Assembly: GCA_963705555.1 (NCBI GenBank)
Contig: CAVPJZ010000001.1
Span: forward strand, 449,009 to 513,008
Source: an uncultured delta proteobacterium
GTDB lineage: Bacteria > Desulfobacterota > Syntrophia > Syntrophales > Smithellaceae
Direction of reading: 5' to 3'
Length of the DNA stretch: 64,000 nucleotides
Program-made: the position numbers and the translations under genes
Notes under the pieces: generated by a model
Seen by the model: only the letters and a program-made list of their open reading frames with translations
The model's database searches: none
What the model was told of the DNA's origin: nothing
Shown: positions 1-9,426 of the stretch, one piece after another
How the letters are laid out: each line of letters opens with the position of its first letter
Position numbering within the stretch: position 1 is the stretch's first letter

Positions 1-41
1 GGATAGGCTGGAATATTTGCACGCTTATCAACTAGGCAATG

Positions 42-1262
42 CTATTGGTTCTTTATTTTTTCCCGAAGGTAACAACGGGGGTCTTCCGCCAGGTAGTCTC
101 CGCTATAAGCTAAGGCGCGTCCGCGGCAGCCGCCGCAAACAGTTTTGTAATTACATTTACCACAGATGCCTTTGAGTCTATCTTCACGCCGCCGCAAATT
201 TTGGAATACCGGCGTTTCCGTATATATTTGCTGGAAACTCGTATCCCTGATATTTCCCGCATTGATCTCTACAAAGGGACAGGGCCAGACATCGCCGTTA
301 GCTTTAATGTAAACAAAGCTCCTGCCCGCGGCGCAGCCGTGGAAAAAATTACCGGCAAGCTTAAGTAGCAGGCCTTCGCGGATACCGTTTTTTTCCAAAA
401 TATAAGACCAATACTGAGGTCCGGCGACTGGCTCGATAATGGTTTTGGCGATTTTTTGTTTATCGGCAATAAGTTCGCTTAAATATTTATTGGCACTTTT
501 CTTCAAAGTGGCTTTTTCTATTTTTTCCCCGCGGCCGACAGCGACAAGTTGATACATCAGCATAATGCCGGCGCCGCAGCCATCGGCAAAATCAATGAGC
601 TCAGGTAAGTGCGGCATATTGTATTCCATCGCCGTTGTATTGATCTGTAAAAGGATGCCCGCTTTCTTTGTGGCCTCAATTGCCTTAAGCGCTAGATCAA
701 AAGCGCCGGGCTTATTTCGTACCATATCATGAATATCGGGATTGGCGGCGTCAATGCTGATGGCATTGCAAACAACACCGTGATCCTTTAATTTAAAAGC
801 CATTTCTTCGTCAATTAGTGTGCCGTTGGTGGCAATTATGTTGGCAAGCCCGGCCTGCTGGGAATGTTTGAGCAGAGTGAAGATATCCGGCCGCACAAGC
901 GGTTCGCCTCCTGTAAAAATCAAGGTGCGGAATTCGCTGTTGTCCGCCAGCATATCAATGAGTCTTTTTCCTTCATCGGTGGTAAGCTCATTCGAAGCTG
1001 CCTTGCCGCTTACCGCATGACAGTGAATACATTTTAAATTACAGGCGCCGGTCACTTCCCAGACCGGATGTCCCGGGTAACCGATGCAGCCCATGCCTAA
1101 GGAACCGTTGGCTACGGGTATGGATGGGAAACCGTGCCGGAAAAGCCATCCCGGGAAATGCTGCCAGCGATTTAAGTATCCCATGAGCAAAACGCTGCCC
1201 ATTTGTCTGAACAAAAGGGAAGGGGGGTTATAAAACGGTTTCACTTTCTTTTTCGTTTGCAT
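42..1262 (-). CDS. radical SAM protein with SPASM-like C-terminal cysteine cluster
   Basis: Intact 406-aa ORF. It has the CNLKCIHC (CxxxCxxC) radical-SAM cluster motif and a C-terminal CGKCNYKTVCGGCRGRA Cys-rich motif. Confidence 0.85.
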   Translation of the reverse strand: MQTKKKVKPFYNPPSLLFRQMGSVLLMGYLNRWQHFPGWLFRHGFPSIPVANGSLGMGCIGYPGHPVWEVTGACNLKCIHCHAVSGKAASNELTTDEGKRLIDMLADNSEFRTLIFTGGEPLVRPDIFTLLKHSQQAGLANIIATNGTLIDEEMAFKLKDHGVVCNAISIDAANPDIHDMVRNKPGAFDLALKAIEATKKAGILLQINTTAMEYNMPHLPELIDFADGCGAGIMLMYQLVAVGRGEKIEKATLKKSANKYLSELIADKQKIAKTIIEPVAGPQYWSYILEKNGIREGLLLKLAGNFFHGCAAGRSFVYIKANGDVWPCPFVEINAGNIRDTSFQQIYTETPVFQNLRRREDRLKGICGKCNYKTVCGGCRGRALAYSGDYLAEDPRCYLREKIKNQ

Positions 1263-1271
1263 AATTAAAAT

Positions 1272-2193
1272 TTAAAGGTAGGCCAGGATGTAAGCAAGAG
1301 ATGTTCCTAAGTTGACGACGATGTTCAAGCCGCAGAGGATTTCCAATATTTTGTGGTTTTCATATTTTGCACGCAGCATCAGGACAATTATAAATAAGGA
1401 AATAATCAAGAAAGGCAGATAAAAATAAACGACCTTAAAAGGAATGCCCCATAATGGTGACATGAGCATAGTCAGGGAAGTCAATAAAGAAAAAATCACA
1501 TAAAGTGCCATCCCTTTTTGCTTTCCGAGCCGATACAGTAAATTCTTTTTATCCGTAGCCTTGTCCGCTTCGTAATCCGGAAATTCATTGAGCAGGATTA
1601 CATTAAAAATCGAAAGGCCGATGGGTATAGCCAGCCAATGAACTAGACGGGTGAATCGTGCCGGTCTGTATATAATAGGCTGAGGCGACAGTCAGCCAGC
1701 CATAACAAAAACCGATAAAAATTTCACCGAAGCCGCGTTGGACAAGGCGTATCGGTTTAGTGGAATAGAAGAAACCGGAAAAAGCTCCGAGGAAACCTAA
1801 GACCAATGTATAGGGACCGGTTTTTAAAACAAATTGCAGGATTATTCCGATAATTCCGGCAAGGATCAATGTGACAATGCTTGTCCAAAGGGGGACCAGC
1901 GGTGATATCTTCCCGGCTGGAAGCACGCGCGAGCCGCCGGAAAACAGGTTTTCGTGTAAACGGTTCGACAGAATGTCTCCTTCGTAATCAAAATATTCGC
2001 CGGACTGGTAAGTGGAAATCATAATCAAGATAACCCCGGAAATACCGAGAAGAAAAACTTCCATGCTTATGGTAGAATTAATTTTGTATGCCAGAAATGT
2101 TCCCAATATAAAGGGAAGGATGCCAACAGTGTGAAAAGGCGGCCGGGAGAGACCGATCCATGCTTTTATTTTTTCTATATTCGAATTTTGCAT
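1272..2193 (-). pseudogene. UbiA-family prenyltransferase, interrupted by one frameshift near 1600-1640
   Basis: The 196-aa and 79-aa ORFs are both polytopic membrane segments. An Asp-rich motif (YQSGEYFDYEGD) lies in the first ORF. The gap 1512-1602 translates in a third frame to NEFPDYEADKATDKKNLLYRLGKQKG, a second Asp-rich motif. Confidence 0.7.
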
Positions 2194-2604
2194 AAATTAC
2201 CTACGTTTGTTGTGGCGGTTTACTAACATAAAGGGTCATCTTTGTCAAAGGGCTATGGCATTTTCTAACGATATAAGTAAGAGGTAAAAGTGGCGGCACA
2301 AAGTCGTGGAGAGTAAATCACTTTTTTCTTGCTTGTTGATTTTTTTTGTGTTAGGCGTAGCGCGAGTTTGCAAGAAAGACACCTTCCCGAATGAATAACC
2401 ATGCAGGCTGGAAAAAAGTTAAGTATTTGCGGATTAGACAGATGGGCGATGGATTCAGGGCTTACTTTGAGGTTTAACGTCATTTATTATCAGGGCGATA
2501 CTGGTTTCAATAGCAATTTAATATCGGAGGTTTAGCTGTAACCGTAAAAAGCGGTTGATAATAATCTATGTATATTTAATTTTATGAAAGGAGGCATTTA
2601 AAAA

Positions 2605-2877
2605 ATGACAAAGGCAGATTTGGTCGGTGTTATGGCAAAAGAAGCGGATATTACCAAAGCGGCAGCATCATTGGCTCTGGACGCATACGTTGACGCAGTC
2701 ACGAAAGAACTGAAGAAGGGCGGTAGGATTGGTCTGGTAGGATTTGGTACGTTCTCCGTGGCCAAAAGGAAGGCGAGAGAAGGCAGGAATCCTCAAACCG
2801 GTAAAGCCATTAAAATTCCCGCGAAGAAAGTTGTAAAATTCAAGGCCGGTAAGGAACTGGCTGACAAATGTAAATAA
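2605..2877 (+). CDS. hup: HU-family nucleoid DNA-binding protein
   Basis: 90-aa ORF with GFGTFSV..R.AREGRNPQTGKAIKIPA. An AGGAGG-like SD (aaaggagg) lies upstream. Confidence 0.93.
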   Translation: MTKADLVGVMAKEADITKAAASLALDAYVDAVTKELKKGGRIGLVGFGTFSVAKRKAREGRNPQTGKAIKIPAKKVVKFKAGKELADKCK

Positions 2878-2903
2878 TAAATTATTAAGTCATTATTCAA
2901 CTG

Positions 2904-2941
2904 AGGCCTCCGCATTATTCAAAGAAACAATCGGAGGCCTC
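2904..2941 (+). terminator. 10-bp perfect hairpin downstream of hup (GAGGCCTCCG / CGGAGGCCTC, 18-nt loop), with no U-tract
   Basis: Inverted repeat read directly from the sequence, 27 nt after the hup stop. Confidence 0.4.
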
Positions 2942-2950
2942 CGTGCATTA

Positions 2951-3225
2951 GTGAGATTCAAATTTTAATGAGACTCAAATTTCACAAACGTAGTGAGTCC
3001 CAGATTTTAGAAGCGGAGCGCACTGAAATCTGTTGGACGAACTATCCCGCAAAGCGGTGGCAGTGCAGCGAAATTTGCAAGCCGAATTATCCCACATGCG
3101 AAGTCATGTGGGACTGTATAGCAAGTCGAATCAATGAAACTGAGATATTGCAAGCGCAGCACAGCAATATATCTTAGCTGAATTGATCCCACCAGAGGTG
3201 GGGCTATCCCGCGAACTAGGGATAG
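2951..3225 (+). repeat. mosaic hairpin-module array A (about 8 modules)
   Basis: Type I modules at 2992-3048 and 3133-3190: flank (A/G)TGA(A/G)..C, stem, loop AAGCGGAGCGCA or CAAGCGCAGCACAG, stem, then ..GAA.TATCCC. ATCCC-type hairpins at 3090-3113, 3186-3200 and 3205-3224. Confidence 0.85.
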
Positions 3226-3268
3226 AATGTCCGTGAATTAGGATAATATGTAATAAGGAGTTTTCGTT

Positions 3269-4258
3269 TTGGCACTCAAAAGAATTCTCAGCGGGATGCG
3301 ACCTACCGGAAAACTGCATTTAGGCAATTTACACGGGGCATTAGGAAACTGGATTGAATTGCAGGAAAGCGGCAAATATGATTGTTTTTATTTTGTTGCC
3401 GATTGGCATGCCTTTACCAGCGAATACAGTTCTACGGAAGGAATCAAGGATAACATAATCAGCATGGTGATTGACTGGCTCAGCGTCGGTCTTGATCCGG
3501 AAAAAAGCACTCTCTTTGTGCAATCGGCGATTAAAGAACATGCCGAACTTTTCCTTTTGCTTTCCATGATTACTCCGCTGGCCTGGCTGGAGCGTAATCC
3601 TACCTATAAGGAAATGAAAGCCGAACTGGCCAATAAGGATTTATCCACTTTTGGTTTTTTGGGTTATCCTGTGCTGCAGGCCGCCGACATTATCATGTAC
3701 AAAGCTTATGGTGTTCCTGTCGGCGTTGACCAGCTACCCCATGTAGAACTTACCCGCGAGATTGCCCGTCGTTTTAATTTTCTTTATAAAGAAATATTTC
3801 CGATTCCGGAACCGCTTTTAACCAGTGTGCCTAAGCTTGCTGGGTATTGACGGAAGAAAAATGAGCAAGTCCTACGATAATTCGATTTATATCAGTGATC
3901 GCGGCAAAGAGTTGCAGCAGAAAATTTCTTCCATGTTTACTGATCCGCAGCGGATGAGAAAAAGCGATCCGGGAAATCCTGAAATATGCAATGTCTTCAC
4001 TTTTCATGGATTATATTCGCACCAGGAACTGTGAAAGAAATTGATGCTGCCTGCCGGAAAGCGGCTATCGGTTGCACTGATTGCAAAAAAATGCTGGCCC
4101 GGCGTATTGCCGAAGCAATGAAGCCAGTTCACGAACGTATGGATTATTATGTAAATCATCTGGATGAAATTAACTTGATCATAGAAGAAGGTAACAAAAA
4201 AGCAACAAAAATAGCGCGTCAAACAATGGAAGAAGTTCGTGCTGCGGTTAAAATCTGA
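3269..4258 (+). pseudogene. trpS: tryptophan--tRNA ligase, split into 3 ORFs by 2 frame breaks (about 3835 and 4010)
   Basis: GKLHLGN (HIGH-type) motif in ORF 3269-3850 and KMSKS in ORF 3825-4034. The C-terminal part is in ORF 3986-4258. TTG start with an AAGGAG SD. Confidence 0.9.
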
Positions 4259-4268
4259 TTCAGACTGC

Positions 4269-5019
4269 ATGTTTATGAACGAAGAACAAACAACAGATTA
4301 CGCCATCAAGCTGGATATTTTCGAAGGTCCACTGGACCTGCTTTTGTATCTGATCAAGAAAAATGAAATTGATATTTATAATATTCCTGTAGCCCTGATT
4401 ACCGAGCAGTATCTTCAGTATCTCAAAATTATTAAATCACTCAATCTCGATTTGGCCGGTGAGTATCTGGTCATGGCTTCGACCCTTATTCATATCAAAT
4501 CCAGATGCTTTTGCCGGTGCCGGAGGAGCCGGAAGAAGAAGAGGAAGAAGATCCCCGCGCCGAACTGGTCAGACAGCTTTTGGAATATCAGGCATTTAAA
4601 GAAGCAGCGACAAATTTGGGGGAAAGGCCGCTTTTGGAAAGAGATGTGTTTACCCGGGCAGCGCTTCTTGCCGGAAGAAATTGAAAAATCAACCGCGGAT
4701 GAGGAAGAACTTATTGAAGTAAGTATTTTTGAACTTATTGAAGCTTTTCATCGCCTTGTTTCCCGCATCGATAAAAAAGAGCTTTTGGAAATTGATCTGG
4801 AAAAGATTGTCGCTTACTGATATAATTAACGATATAATGGAACGGCTGTCTCATGAAAAAAATCTGACTTTTGAGGAATTGCTGGGAGAAAGAAAAGATC
4901 GCCGGCGCATTATTTACACTTTTTTAGCTTTGCTGGAATTAATTAAACTGAGAATGATTAAAGCTTATCAAACTTCGGCTTTTGGTGTGATCCGGATATT
5001 TCCGGCTGTGGAGTCTTAA
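4269..5019 (+). pseudogene. scpA: segregation and condensation protein A, about 3 frame breaks
   Basis: The N-terminus [34 protein letters not shown] is typical of ScpA. An out-of-frame stretch at 4503-4670 reads [31 protein letters not shown] in another frame. The tail is in ORF 4729-5019. Confidence 0.85.
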
Positions 5020-5613
5020 ATGGAAAATATTAAAGCATAATTGAAGCTCTGATTTTAGCTTCCGAAACGCCGTTGGCGCTGGAAAAAATTTGCGCTAGTT
5101 CTTCCGGAAGTGGAAAAAACGGAAATTAAAGAAGCCCTCGATAAACTGATTGCGGAATATAATGAACGGCAGGGCGGGATTTACCTGCAGGAAGTTGCCG
5201 GCGGTTTTCAATTTCGCACCAGGCCGGAACTTGAGCCATTGGGTAAAAAAGCTCAAAAGCACAAAGCCTGCATTCTTTATCTCCGCAGGCGATGGAAACT
5301 CTGGCCATTGTTGCTTACAGGCAGCCGATTGTTAAATCGGAAATTGAAAGTATTCGCGGTGTGGATGTCAGCGCTCCGCTCAAGGGACTTCTGGAAAAAA
5401 AGCTTATTCGCATTGTCGGACGCAAGGATGTGCCCGGCAAGCCCATTATTTATGGAACAACCAAAAAGATTTCTGGAAGTTTTTAATCTGAAAGATCTCT
5501 CGGATTTGCCGAATTTACGGGAATTGAAAGAACTTAACGAACAGCAGGAACTCTTGGAACAAGAAATCGTAGAACAGAAGACAACGAATCAGAAGATATA
5601 TTCCAGATCACTT
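5020..5613 (+). pseudogene. scpB: segregation and condensation protein B, several frame breaks; 3-prime end uncertain
   Basis: Fragments across three frames: MENIKA, IIEALILASETPLALEKI, EIKEALDKLIAEYNERQGGIYLQEVAGGFQFRTRPE and [60 protein letters not shown]. Confidence 0.8.
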
Positions 5614-6323
5614 ATGAAAGAACGTTTGCAAAAATTATTTCCACCGCCGGTATTGATTCACGACGCCATGCGGAAAAACTGATAACTGACGGGCGGGTAA
5701 GTGTCAATAATATTGTGGTAACCGAATTGGGAGTAAAAGCTGATGCCGAAAAAGATGTTATTCGGATTGACGGCAAAACTATTTCTGTCGAAAAAACAAA
5801 TTTATATATTGCTTTAAATAAACCGGCCGGATTTGTCACCACCCTTCATGATCCCCAAAACAGGCCGACAGTTGTGGATTTGCTAAGCGATGTGCCGGAA
5901 AGGGTTTATCCGGTAGGAAGGCTTGATTATGATTCCAGCGGGACTTTTGCTTTTGACTAATGATGGGGATTTCGCGCAAAAAATTCAGCATCCGCGTTTT
6001 CAGATACCCAAAGTTTACCGGGTTAAAATTCAAGGACATTTATCCAAAGAGGAATTAAAACAATTGAGCAAAGGCATTAAATTGCCCGATGGTGTTTTTA
6101 AACCGGAAAATCTAAAAATGGAAAAGATCAATGATCAAAGTTGTTGGTTGCGGCTTACGCTGAAAGAGGGCAAAAATAGAATTATCAGAAGAGGTTTTGA
6201 AGCTATCGGTCATCAGGGTAGCCCGTCTGGTGCGGGAAGCAATCGGTGATCTTGAATCTGGGAAATTTGAAGGAAGGTATGTGGCGGTATTTGACCAAAA
6301 AAGAAATAAGCCAGATTGCTTGA
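5614..6323 (+). pseudogene. rluB: 23S rRNA pseudouridine synthase (RluB/RsuA family), about 4 frame breaks
   Basis: S4 domain: ERLQKIISTAGIDSRRHAEKLITDGRVSVNN. Catalytic region: PVGRLDYDSSGLLLLTNDGDF. The first break is an A5 run at 5630-5634 where A6 would restore the frame. Confidence 0.8.
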
Positions 6324-6464
6324 TAATGCGGCAGATAAAAACAGGTAAAATTTTCTTGACATTCGCCAAAAAATAAATAATAACTTTAACACGTATAAGC
6401 GTTAGAAACAAACATATATTATCATCTGGCGATTATAGGTTGTAAATAGTTTTAAGGAGGGTCT

Positions 6465-6747
6465 ATGAACAAATCCGATCTTATTGAAGCTTTGAGCAGC
6501 TAAGCTAAATTTAACGGAAAAAAAGGCAATTGATGTTGTTAATCTTGTTTTTAAAGGTTTTACCGATGAGTTAAAAAAAGGCGGCCGTATTGAAATCAGA
6601 GGATTTGGCAGTTTTGTCGTAAAGAAGTATGGCGCCTACACGGGAAGAAATCCTAAAACCGGCACTAAAATTCAAGTTGAACCCAAGAAATTGCCTTTCT
6701 TTAAAGTAGGAAAAGAATTAAAGGATAGAGTTGATAAGAAAAAATAG
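6465..6747 (+). pseudogene. integration host factor subunit (IHF/HU fold), one frame break near 6495-6505
   Basis: MNKSDLIEALS then, after a shift, KAIDVVNLVFKGFTDELKKGGRIEIRGFGSFVVKKYGAYTGRNPKTGTKIQVEPKKLPFFKVGKELKDRV. Total length is 283 nt, not a multiple of 3. GGAGG SD. Confidence 0.8.
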
Positions 6748-6772
6748 CAATCCTTGCCTGCTTATATAAAAT

Positions 6773-6805
6773 AAAAAAAGGGGACTTGATTCAAGCCCCC
6801 TTTTT
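6773..6805. terminator. bidirectional intrinsic terminator between convergent IHF gene and sodB
   Basis: AAAAAAA-GGGGACTTGATTCAAGCCCCC-TTTTT: a GC-rich stem flanked by an A-run and a T-run. Confidence 0.7.
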
Positions 6806-6832
6806 ATCATTTATTGCCATTGTTCAATCAAA

Positions 6833-7426
6833 TTAACCCAGATTTCCATTAACAAAATCCCAGTTAATCAAATTTTGAATAACAGCAGAAAGATAATCCG
6901 GTCTTCTGTTTTGATAATCCAGATAATAAGCATGTTCCCAGACATCAATGGTCAAGAGCGGTTTTTGACCATGGGCAAGAGGAGTATCGGCATTAGCTGT
7001 TTTTGTTATTTTTAACTGGTTTCCCTCCAAAACCAGCCAGGCCCAGCCGCTGCCAAACTGAGTGACTCCGGCGTTTTTCAATTCTTCGGCAAATTTGTCA
7101 TAGCTTCCCCAAGTAGCGTTTATCTTGGCCGCAATTGCTCCGGTAGGTGTGCCTCCTCCCGATTTTTTCAGGCATTGCCAGTAGAAAGAATGATTCCAAA
7201 CTTGGGCGGCGTTGTTGAAGATACCGGCTTTAGCTGAATCTTTAGCGGCAATTTTAATAATTTCTTCCAGTGATTTTTCCTCAAGATCGGTGCCGGCAAT
7301 TAATTTGTTTAAATTATCCACATAAGCTTTGTGATGTTTGCCGTAGTGGAAATCCAAAGTATTGGCGCTGATATAGGGCGCCAGTGCGTCTTTCGCGTAA
7401 GGTAGTTCCGGTAATTTTATAGCCAT
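6833..7426 (-). CDS. sodB: Fe-type superoxide dismutase
   Basis: 197 aa with HYGKHH, FNNAAQVWNHSFYW and DVWEHAYYLDYQNRRPDY. Confidence 0.93.
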   Translation of the reverse strand: MAIKLPELPYAKDALAPYISANTLDFHYGKHHKAYVDNLNKLIAGTDLEEKSLEEIIKIAAKDSAKAGIFNNAAQVWNHSFYWQCLKKSGGGTPTGAIAAKINATWGSYDKFAEELKNAGVTQFGSGWAWLVLEGNQLKITKTANADTPLAHGQKPLLTIDVWEHAYYLDYQNRRPDYLSAVIQNLINWDFVNGNLG

Positions 7427-7481
7427 ATTTTGTTCTCCTTTCTTTATTATTCAAATATAAGGCGCAATTTACCGAAATATC

Positions 7482-7645
7482 AATGAGGCTCAAATTAAAG
7501 GCTCATCTCGGAGAGCCTTTAAGTCAAGCCGAATTGATCAAGTCCAGGCTTCAATAAGCTCAAAGCTTATTTCGGATCATACCTAGGTTTATAGTTGAAT
7601 TTGTTAGCTGATTGTCAGATTGCATCGGGATGAGGCTCAAATATT
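7482..7645 (+). repeat. degenerate hairpin-module array G
   Basis: AATGAGGCTC + TTAAAGGCTC / GAGAGCCTTTAA hairpin + GTCAAGCCGAATTGATC. Followed by partial modules (GTTAGCTGATT, GATGAGGCTCAAATATT). Confidence 0.6.
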
Positions 7646-7655
7646 GTATTGATGG

Positions 7656-8591
7656 TTAATGCCTTATACGTGAATCAGCAGCGTTATGCCCCATTTTATA
7701 TTTGAGCCAATTTATATAAAAGAAAGTGAAAATAGCGAAAACTAATGACGGAAGAGCTGCTTCCCGACTAAAGATAATAAGCGCTATACCCCCGGAAAGC
7801 CCGTAGTTTTTCATGGTTCCCAGAAGAAGAAGAGAAGTGATCTTCTTTTCAGCGACATGAAAAAGCTCTCCAGTTTTCTCAATTGCCAGAGCGAACAAAA
7901 AAATACCTATGACAGCAATGAAAGAGATAACATAAAGGTCGTCTGGCCAATTCAAAAGCATATCCCTTCCGTTTGCTGTTAGGGAATAAAAGACAATAAA
8001 TAGACAGCAATCGGTTATTATATTTTCATATGGTTCAATGATTTTATCCCATTCTTTTTCCACAACGAGTCGGGAAAGTCCAAGCGGCAGTATAATTAAT
8101 TCGAGCTATCAGTAAAATAATATTCCAATAATTCAAGGGAATATCTTTAAGAAATCCTAAACCTATCAATGGTATAATTAACAATAGCGCCCAAATACGC
8201 TCCCGCAAATCCCGCGTATGTACGAAGTAGCATCAGCCCGCAATGAATTACCCAAGGATAATATGTCCACTGCAGGCGGTATTGCGGCAATCAGCACCAT
8301 GCCAATCCAAAGGGCTTCGTCGAGAATAAAAAACATGCCGGTCAAAATTATAAAATTTCCCCAGAGAAGATAGTTCATGACATTGCCGCTGATCGCCGAA
8401 CCGAAAAGCTTTTTGGGGTGGCGGAAAAAACCGCGCGGTATTTTCAAAGGTGCAATTGTCAGAATGATCGTCAACGCGGGCAAAGTCAGGGCGGCGGCAA
8501 CTACATTTGCCTGAGGTAAAACAAAACCGCAAAGTACAGACGCGAGAAAAACTATATTGGAGCGGGAAACAAGATATTTGAAGCGAGCCAT
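7656..8591 (-). pseudogene. polytopic permease (AEC / bile-acid:Na+ symporter-like), about 2 frame breaks
   Basis: ORFs 8178-8630 (likely start MARFKYL at 8591 with a GAGG SD) and 7656-8063 are both multi-TM. The linking region 8064-8177 is readable in other frames. Confidence 0.45.
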
Positions 8592-8595
8592 TATT

Positions 8596-9426
8596 TTACC
8601 TCTGAAAATGCAATATTTTTTTAGCTCCAAAAATAATCAGAAAGAAAGCCACATTGAAAATTACTATAGTTCCTCCTGCCGGCAAGTTCAATAGAAAAGA
8701 AAAAACTATGCCGTTAATTACCGAGAAGATGGAAATAGCGGCAGAAATAATAATAGTCATTTTAAAGCTGAAAGAAAGCTGCAGCGCTGTTAGCGGGGGA
8801 ATAATCAGCAATGCCGAAACCAGCATTATGCCGGTGACTTTCATCGCTAAAACAACGGCCACGGCAGTCAATAGTAAAAGAATGATATTGATTCTTTTTG
8901 TTTTAATGCCCATGCTTTTGGCCAGCTCTTCGTCAAAAGTAACTGCAAACAGGTCATTATAGGAAAAAATAACAGTGCCAATTACAACTATAAAAACAAT
9001 AAAAGAAAGCAAAAGCTCCGTTTGATTTACCGTGAGAATGTTGCCGAAGAGGTAGCTTAATAAATCGACATTATAGCCTCCCGAGAAACTGGCCAAAATT
9101 ATGCCTATGGCAATTCCGACGGAAGAGATGATACCGATGGCCGCATCACCGTGAATGCGCTTGTAGTGAGTTAATTGAAGTATGGCCAGAGATGAAAGCA
9201 TAACCAGAGGCAGAGCAGCCACGGTAACATAAAGAGGGCTGAATCCAATCAATAATACTACTGCTACACTGCCAAAGGTAATATGCGCGAGTCCGTCACC
9301 AATCAAGGAAAGACGGCGCAAGACGAGAAACACTCCCAAAATGGAAGAAACGGCGGCAATGAGCACTCCGGCAAGCAAAGCTCGCTGAACGAATTCATAT
9401 TTGAATATTTCCCCAAGCCCAATCAT
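8596..9426 (-). CDS. metal (Zn/Mn) ABC transporter permease, ZnuB/MntB-like
   Basis: 276-aa polytopic ORF in an operon with an ABC ATPase and a TroA/ZnuA-type binding protein. Its start overlaps the ATPase stop. Confidence 0.85.
   Translation of the reverse strand: MIGLGEIFKYEFVQRALLAGVLIAAVSSILGVFLVLRRLSLIGDGLAHITFGSVAVVLLIGFSPLYVTVAALPLVMLSSLAILQLTHYKRIHGDAAIGIISSVGIAIGIILASFSGGYNVDLLSYLFGNILTVNQTELLLSFIVFIVVIGTVIFSYNDLFAVTFDEELAKSMGIKTKRINIILLLLTAVAVVLAMKVTGIMLVSALLIIPPLTALQLSFSFKMTIIISAAISIFSVINGIVFSFLLNLPAGGTIVIFNVAFFLIIFGAKKILHFQR

Noticed and set aside
2265-2483. 72-aa ORF in the 410-bp spacer upstream of hup.
   Set aside because: It has no SD and a low-complexity, basic, Cys/Ser-rich sequence with no motif. 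The spacer more likely holds the hup promoter. I could not identify a known ncRNA there either.
2951-3225. Possible CRISPR arrays at the seven repeat loci.
   Set aside because: There is no fixed-length identical direct repeat alternating with unique spacers. The variable parts are self-complementary stems, unit lengths vary from 30 to 70 nt, and no cas genes are in the window.
3226-3268. T-box or other leader upstream of trpS.
   Set aside because: Only about 40 nt separate array A from the trpS SD. That is too short for a T-box, and no specifier or antiterminator features are visible.
2968-3319. ORFs of 60-70 aa predicted inside the hairpin arrays (2968-3177, 3007-3192, 3131-3319; similarly 26501-26689 and 43141-43341).
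   Set aside because: They run through repeat modules on both strands, lack SD sequences, and their peptides simply mirror the repeated DNA. They are most likely non-coding.
3269-6323. Alternative genetic code or programmed recoding as the explanation for interrupted genes.
   Set aside because: The interruptions are changes of reading frame, with the homologous peptide continuing in another frame. They are not in-frame stop codons. No slippery-site pattern is shared among them.
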